DNA from: Spirochaetota bacterium
GTDB taxonomy: Bacteria > Spirochaetota > UBA4802 > UBA5550
NCBI GenBank assembly: GCA_963663865.1
Contig: OY760686.1
Span: 1,440,001 to 1,504,000, forward strand
Direction: 5' to 3'
Length of the DNA stretch: 64,000 bases
This document shows, in pieces, positions 59,288 to 64,000 of the stretch. Position 1 is the first letter of the stretch; the number at the start of each line of letters is the position of its first letter. Below the pieces are notes generated by a model. The model saw nothing but the letters and a program-made list of their open reading frames with translations, was not told the origin of the DNA and searched no databases. Position numbers and translations under genes: made by a program.

Positions 59288-60511
59288 ATGGTAAAAAATA
59301 ACTTTGAGCTTATAGAACGCGGGATTGAAGAGATTATTCCTTATGAGGAGTTTAAAACCCGCTTAAATGAATCGGAGAAGAACAACAAACCCCTGGTTAT
59401 TAAGGCGGGATTTGACCCTACAGCCCCTGATATTCATCTCGGTCACACTGTACTTTTAAGGAAACTGCGCCATTTTCAGGATATGGGGCATACGGTCGTT
59501 TTTCTTATAGGCGATTTTACAGGTATGATCGGCGATCCATCGGGAAAGTCGGAAACGAGAAAACGCCTTACAAAGGAACAGGTGCTTGAGAACGCGGAAA
59601 CCTACAAAAAACAGGCTTTTAAGATTCTTGACCGCGAAAAAACCATCATTGAGTTTAATTCAAAATGGTGTTCATCTATGTCATTTGCCGAGGTGCTTGA
59701 GCTGACAGCGAAATACAATGTCGCGCGGATGATGGAGCGTGATGACTTCTCCAAGCGGTTTAAATCAGGCAGGCCCATATCCATACTTGAGTTCATGTAT
59801 CCCCTTATTCAGGGATATGACTCCGTCGCACTCAAAGCTGATGTTGAGCTTGGAGGAACGGATCAGAAGTTCAATCTTCTGGTGGGACGCGATCTTCAGA
59901 AAGAATACGGGGTCTCGCAGCAGATAATAATGACTCTCCCTCTTCTTGTAGGGCTTGACGGTGTTCAGAAAATGAGCAAGTCGCTGAACAACTATATCGG
60001 GATTGACGAAGAGCCATCACAGATTTTTGGAAAGGTAATGTCCATTTCGGATGAGCTGATGTTCAGGTATTACGAGCTTGTTACCGATGTTCCACTGCAT
60101 GATGTGGAGACAATGAAAGCCGGAGTTGCTGATGGAAGTGTACATCCCCGGGCTGTTAAGGTCCGCCTCGCGAAGGAGATTTGTGAGCAGTTCTACGATT
60201 CTGACACGGCGGACAGGGCAGAATCGGAATTTAACAGGATCTTTGTCCAAAAAGATGTTCCTGAAGATATTGATGAGTTCCTGGTCCAGCAGTCCGAATT
60301 GAGCGAAGGCTCGATATGGATAGTAAAGCTCCTTGTAGTTTCGGGATTGGCAAAATCTAACGGCGAAGCCAGAAGGCTTATTGAAGGCGGAGGCGTATCG
60401 CTGGACGGTGAAAAGATATCGGATGCTTCTTCTGAACTTGCCTTTCCACTTACTGGAGACGGTGTTTTGAAGGTCGGCAAAAGGCGCTTTTTGAAGTTGG
60501 TTTCATCATAA
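59288..60511 (+). CDS. tyrS: Tyrosine--tRNA ligase
   Basis: Motifs [30 protein letters not shown] and KMSKS; C-terminal S4 domain. Confidence 0.98.
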   Translation: MVKNNFELIERGIEEIIPYEEFKTRLNESEKNNKPLVIKAGFDPTAPDIHLGHTVLLRKLRHFQDMGHTVVFLIGDFTGMIGDPSGKSETRKRLTKEQVLENAETYKKQAFKILDREKTIIEFNSKWCSSMSFAEVLELTAKYNVARMMERDDFSKRFKSGRPISILEFMYPLIQGYDSVALKADVELGGTDQKFNLLVGRDLQKEYGVSQQIIMTLPLLVGLDGVQKMSKSLNNYIGIDEEPSQIFGKVMSISDELMFRYYELVTDVPLHDVETMKAGVADGSVHPRAVKVRLAKEICEQFYDSDTADRAESEFNRIFVQKDVPEDIDEFLVQQSELSEGSIWIVKLLVVSGLAKSNGEARRLIEGGGVSLDGEKISDASSELAFPLTGDGVLKVGKRRFLKLVSS

Positions 60512-60544
60512 AAAATAAAAAATTGTAACACCGGCCGGGGAAAT

Positions 60545-61117
60545 ATGTCCAATTCAGAAGATTTGAAAGTTATTGATAGTGTGTTGAAAGGTGACGTTGA
60601 CGCCTATGCTTACCTGATTGAAAAATATCAGAATATGGTATTCAGGTATGTCAACACTCAATTCAATAATGAAGATGATTCTATGGATATTACGCAGGAT
60701 ATTTTTATCATGGCACTTGAAGCGCTCAAGAGTTTCAGACAAGAGTCGAAGTTTTCCACCTGGCTTTACAGTATTATGGTGAATTACTGTAAGAATTACA
60801 GAAAAAAATCAAGAAGGCATTTTTCTTTTTCACTGCTTACGCAGAGAGATAATGAGGAGTACGAGATACAGATTCCGGATGAGAGGGCCGACCATGAGAA
60901 GGATATCGTTGAAAAAGACACCTTGAGAATTCTCAAGGAGGAGATTTACGCCCTCCCAGATGATTATAAAAAGGTTCTGGTGCTTCGTGATATCCAGGGA
61001 CTTTCATATAACGAAATTTCAGATGTACTAAAACTTAATCTATCAAATGTTAAGGTTAGAATACACAGGGGGAGAGAGCTTCTTAAAAACAGACTCTCCG
61101 AAAGGGGGTTGGTATGA
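60545..61117 (+). CDS. ECF RNA polymerase sigma factor
   Basis: Region 2 DITQDIF...FSTWLYSI.VN and region 4 LRDIQGLSYNEIS...VKVRIHRGR. Confidence 0.95.
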   Translation: MSNSEDLKVIDSVLKGDVDAYAYLIEKYQNMVFRYVNTQFNNEDDSMDITQDIFIMALEALKSFRQESKFSTWLYSIMVNYCKNYRKKSRRHFSFSLLTQRDNEEYEIQIPDERADHEKDIVEKDTLRILKEEIYALPDDYKKVLVLRDIQGLSYNEISDVLKLNLSNVKVRIHRGRELLKNRLSERGLV

Positions 61118-61821
61118 AAACCGCACATGTAACATTTGCCCAGCTGTCAGATCTTTACGACGGGATTTTAACTGAACAGGAGGAAAAGCTGGTTGCTGAC
61201 CATCTTGAGAGCTGCCTGGAGTGTCAGAGGGAATTTGAGATGTTGAAAAAAACCCTTTGCTGTCTGGCTCCTCTCCGCGAAACGGCTTTTTGCACCGAAG
61301 AGTTCAGTCCACGTACCATGAAACTTGTTAAAAAGAGGGCATCCCGCAGTGCTTCCGGACGCTTTGTTCCGGCTGCAGCCGCTGCAGCTTTTATTATTGG
61401 CGGATATACTTTTTTCTTTAGCGGACCGGCAAACAATTACGGTACAGATTCCACAGATTTTGTAATAGCAGGATCAACAGGAAATAACAGGTTTGAAAAT
61501 GCCGTTTCAAGAACCGCTTCAAAGAATGTAAAAAATACAACCAGAGACGTAATAAATGCAATAGCTGATAACAAAGCCCGGATTGTCCGGATATCGGATT
61601 CCTTCATAGAGGGAGAAGTAAGTCTTTCCGAGTTTTTAAACCTTAAGTCGCAGCTTGGAGCAAGACATATTGATTTTGCACAGATCAGTGAGTCCTCAGA
61701 CGCTGACAGAATCCGGTGGAATTCTGGTATTGAAGAGGTATCTCTTTCAAATGTTACGTGGCAGGACGAAGAAGCAAGGGGTCCTGAAAAGGACTTAATA
61801 CGTTTCAGGGTGTTTAAGTAA
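61114..61821 (+). CDS. Zinc-finger (ZAS) transmembrane anti-sigma factor
   Basis: HLESCLEC (HxxxCxxC) plus one TM segment; ATGA overlap with the sigma gene. Confidence 0.88.
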   Translation: MKTAHVTFAQLSDLYDGILTEQEEKLVADHLESCLECQREFEMLKKTLCCLAPLRETAFCTEEFSPRTMKLVKKRASRSASGRFVPAAAAAAFIIGGYTFFFSGPANNYGTDSTDFVIAGSTGNNRFENAVSRTASKNVKNTTRDVINAIADNKARIVRISDSFIEGEVSLSEFLNLKSQLGARHIDFAQISESSDADRIRWNSGIEEVSLSNVTWQDEEARGPEKDLIRFRVFK

Positions 61822-62479
61822 AGTCGCCGCTTTCCATGCCCTGAATGAATTCTTCAGTTGTTTGGATGTTTCCGCCGCATACGCCTCGAGAGCTGTAGAG
61901 TGATGCGATGTGGCTTTCATGCGAGTAGTCCGCCTGGGCGTCCTCTATGTGGATTATTCTGTATCCCCTGTCTGACGCGTCCCTTGCGGTTGTTTCGACA
62001 CATTGGCTTGTTGCGAGTCCGGTAAATGCGAGACAGGAGGGCGAGAGCTTGGTCAGAAGCTGTTGAAGTTTTGGATTGGTAAAGCCGCTGTATGCCTGCT
62101 TAACGATAGTCTCGGCTTTATCGTATGGTGTAAAAATATTCAGCTCAGGAATCAAGTCTGACATGGGATCTCCAATAAGAGGATAGATGTTTACTATGCC
62201 CTGGCTCCGCGCTCTTTCCCAGGCTTCTCTGAACGAGTAATGCAGGTCGCTTCTGTCTTCCATCTTGCCGGCAATTTTTAGAAAAATTACATTCAGCCTG
62301 TTGTCAGTGTAATACTTTAATACTTTTGCTATATTGGGAATTACGGTTCTTCTGCATCTCTCTGAAATATACTGCATACATCCCGCCTGAAGGCTGTCAA
62401 AAAAACGGCAGTAGTCTGAATCGCTCTCAAGATAATATCTCTGCATATCAGTTATTACCAGGACGGTTTTATCTCTCAT
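61814..62479 (-). CDS. Isochorismatase-family cysteine hydrolase
   Basis: D-K-C triad motifs VITDMQ, K.AYSGF and GLATSQCVETTARDA.DRGY. Start MRDKT follows GGAG. Confidence 0.9.
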   Translation of the reverse strand: MRDKTVLVITDMQRYYLESDSDYCRFFDSLQAGCMQYISERCRRTVIPNIAKVLKYYTDNRLNVIFLKIAGKMEDRSDLHYSFREAWERARSQGIVNIYPLIGDPMSDLIPELNIFTPYDKAETIVKQAYSGFTNPKLQQLLTKLSPSCLAFTGLATSQCVETTARDASDRGYRIIHIEDAQADYSHESHIASLYSSRGVCGGNIQTTEEFIQGMESGDFT

Positions 62480-62657
62480 TGGGACTCCAATAAAGCAGTA
62501 TCGAAAAAACAAACGCCATGACATAGGAGCAGCTGGTTATTTTTTTTAATTATATTCCAATATGGTCAACAAAGTGCAAATCTTTTTTAGCCCGCAGCTT
62601 GACATTGCTGTCTATAATTTATTAATTTAAGTTTAATAATCGTTGCGGGGGTTTGAT

Positions 62658-63002
62658 ATGAGGAGAATGGAGCAGGAGATATCTTTCGTGGAGAGGCGTG
62701 AAGAGATAAATCTCTGCAACCCTTTCTATGGGGATGGTGTTTCCAATGAGCTGAAGGAAATCGATAAACATGAGATACTTGTTAAAATATGCAGCATCCT
62801 CGGCGCATCTCCGGAAAATTTCTCCGTGGCTGAAAATATATTTAATGATATCAGATTTGAAATAGCCAGATATGTTCTTCATCATGAGTATTGCAGGAGC
62901 AACACAATACGTTCAAAGCTTCTTCTATGGCTCGATTCTAAAATCAGCCCTGATAACGCGGCCATACTGGAAAAGTTCTGCGAACAGTATCTTAAAAGAT
63001 GA
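62658..63002 (+). CDS. Hypothetical protein
   Basis: Its stop overlaps the queH start (ATGA). The start could be 62658 or 62667. No motif recognised. Confidence 0.65.
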   Translation: MRRMEQEISFVERREEINLCNPFYGDGVSNELKEIDKHEILVKICSILGASPENFSVAENIFNDIRFEIARYVLHHEYCRSNTIRSKLLLWLDSKISPDNAAILEKFCEQYLKR

Positions 63003-63625
63003 GAAGTATTCTGCTTCATGTCTGCTGCGCGCCCTGTTTTTCGCACGTGAACGAGGTCTTGTCCCGGGAGTGGGAAGTTGTTCCTTTTTTCTACAATCCT
63101 AATATTTCGCCTGCCAGTGAATATTACAAAAGGCTTGATGAACTCGAAAAATATACACGGAAATATGGTTTTGGGCTTAAGGCAGGCAAATACAATATCA
63201 GGCAATGGGTTTCAGCTGTTTCTGAATACAGATATATGGGCGAGCGTTCAATCAGGTGCGTGGAGTGCATCAAGTTCCGGCTTGAAGAAGTCTTCAGAAA
63301 TGCCGTCAGCATGGGGATTGGTGCTGTATGTACTACCCTCACGGTCAGTCCTCACAAAGACGCGGCTGCGATAAACCTGGCCGGGAGTGAGCTTGCGGCC
63401 AGATATAATGTTGAGTTTGTGACATCCGATTTTAAAAAGAATAACGGCTATAAAAGGTCTGTAGAAATATCCAGAGAAGAGGGGTTCTACAGGCAAAGCT
63501 ACTGCGGATGCGTTTATTCAATGCTTGAAAGAGACAGGGAAAGCGGTTTTGCGAGAAAGGGCAGTCTGTTCAGGAGCCGGCTGGAGAACAGCCCGCAGAA
63601 GATCGGTGATAGTAGTCATTCATAA
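62999..63625 (+). CDS. queH: Epoxyqueuosine reductase QueH (DUF208)
   Basis: Motifs LLHVCCAPC, FFYNPNI.P..EY..R, RCVEC, SPHK and YRQSYCGC. Confidence 0.93.
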   Translation: MRSILLHVCCAPCFSHVNEVLSREWEVVPFFYNPNISPASEYYKRLDELEKYTRKYGFGLKAGKYNIRQWVSAVSEYRYMGERSIRCVECIKFRLEEVFRNAVSMGIGAVCTTLTVSPHKDAAAINLAGSELAARYNVEFVTSDFKKNNGYKRSVEISREEGFYRQSYCGCVYSMLERDRESGFARKGSLFRSRLENSPQKIGDSSHS

Positions 63626-63848
63626 GCATTTCGATGAAATCGTGTGATAAGTCATCCGGCTCAGAATTCAGCTTGCCGACAACAAACCTGGTGGAAGGGG
63701 TTTCGCTCTCACAGGAGTACTTGCTTGCAGTATAGCCTCTGTCGCGCCATTTGAAGATTACAGTCTTGTCTTCCTGAAAGGAGTCGATTATTTTAAGCTT
63801 ATCGTCTTCCGGCAGAGAACAACAGAGCACTTCAATTATTTCTTCCAT
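63570..63848 (-). CDS. Small hypothetical protein
   Basis: 92-aa ORF preceded by an AT-rich promoter-like region; its 3' end overlaps queH. Confidence 0.5.
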   Translation of the reverse strand: MEEIIEVLCCSLPEDDKLKIIDSFQEDKTVIFKWRDRGYTASKYSCESETPSTRFVVGKLNSEPDDLSHDFIEMLMNDYYHRSSAGCSPAGS

Positions 63849-64000
63849 TAGATTCCCGTACCAACAGATATTTTAATGAGACATAACTTTTAATAAATAA
63901 ATTGTAATCTTATAGCCTTTCTCTAAAGATATAGTCAAGAATAAAAATTAAAATTTATAAAATATACACCATTTTTTTTATTTCTGTATCTACAGATTAT

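Noticed and set aside
1-64000. Transposases, integrases, prophage, tRNA/rRNA, or frameshifted pseudogenes
   Set aside because: None recognised; nearly all the sequence is explained by intact ORFs and short intergenic regions.

Overview
Gene-dense bacterial chromosomal segment with no rRNA, tRNA, CRISPR array or mobile element that I can see. Gene content (spirochaete-type lipoproteins, Leptospira-like hypothetical proteins, hrcA-grpE-dnaK-dnaJ, Fix/Etf, sensory [FeFe]-hydrogenase module) suggests an anaerobic Spirochaetota member; this is an inference. Housekeeping blocks are lrp, purL-purQ-DAHP synthase, nnr, a radical SAM gene, CIRCE-hrcA-grpE-dnaK-dnaJ, tyrS, ECF sigma/anti-sigma and queH. 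The standout is a lipid-biosynthesis locus at about 17.0-38.2 kb. It encodes a ~4020-aa type I FAS/PKS with the unusual order pseudoER-ER(FabK/PfaD-like)-KS-pseudoKS-AT-KS-ACPx6-KR-DH and no thioesterase. All six ACPs carry Thr (GIDT) where the phosphopantetheine-accepting Ser (GIDS) normally sits. It is followed by biotin ligase, a 1941-aa single-chain acyl-CoA carboxylase with a central domain, BioY, an outer-membrane protein and a convergent lipid kinase that probably starts at CTG. An Sfp-type PPTase lies about 11 kb upstream. Other oddities are an MCP with a periplasmic, zinc-ligand-less CZB-like domain, an hfsABC-like module lacking hfsD, and two tandem paralogous lipoproteins of unknown family next to a small glycosyltransferase set.
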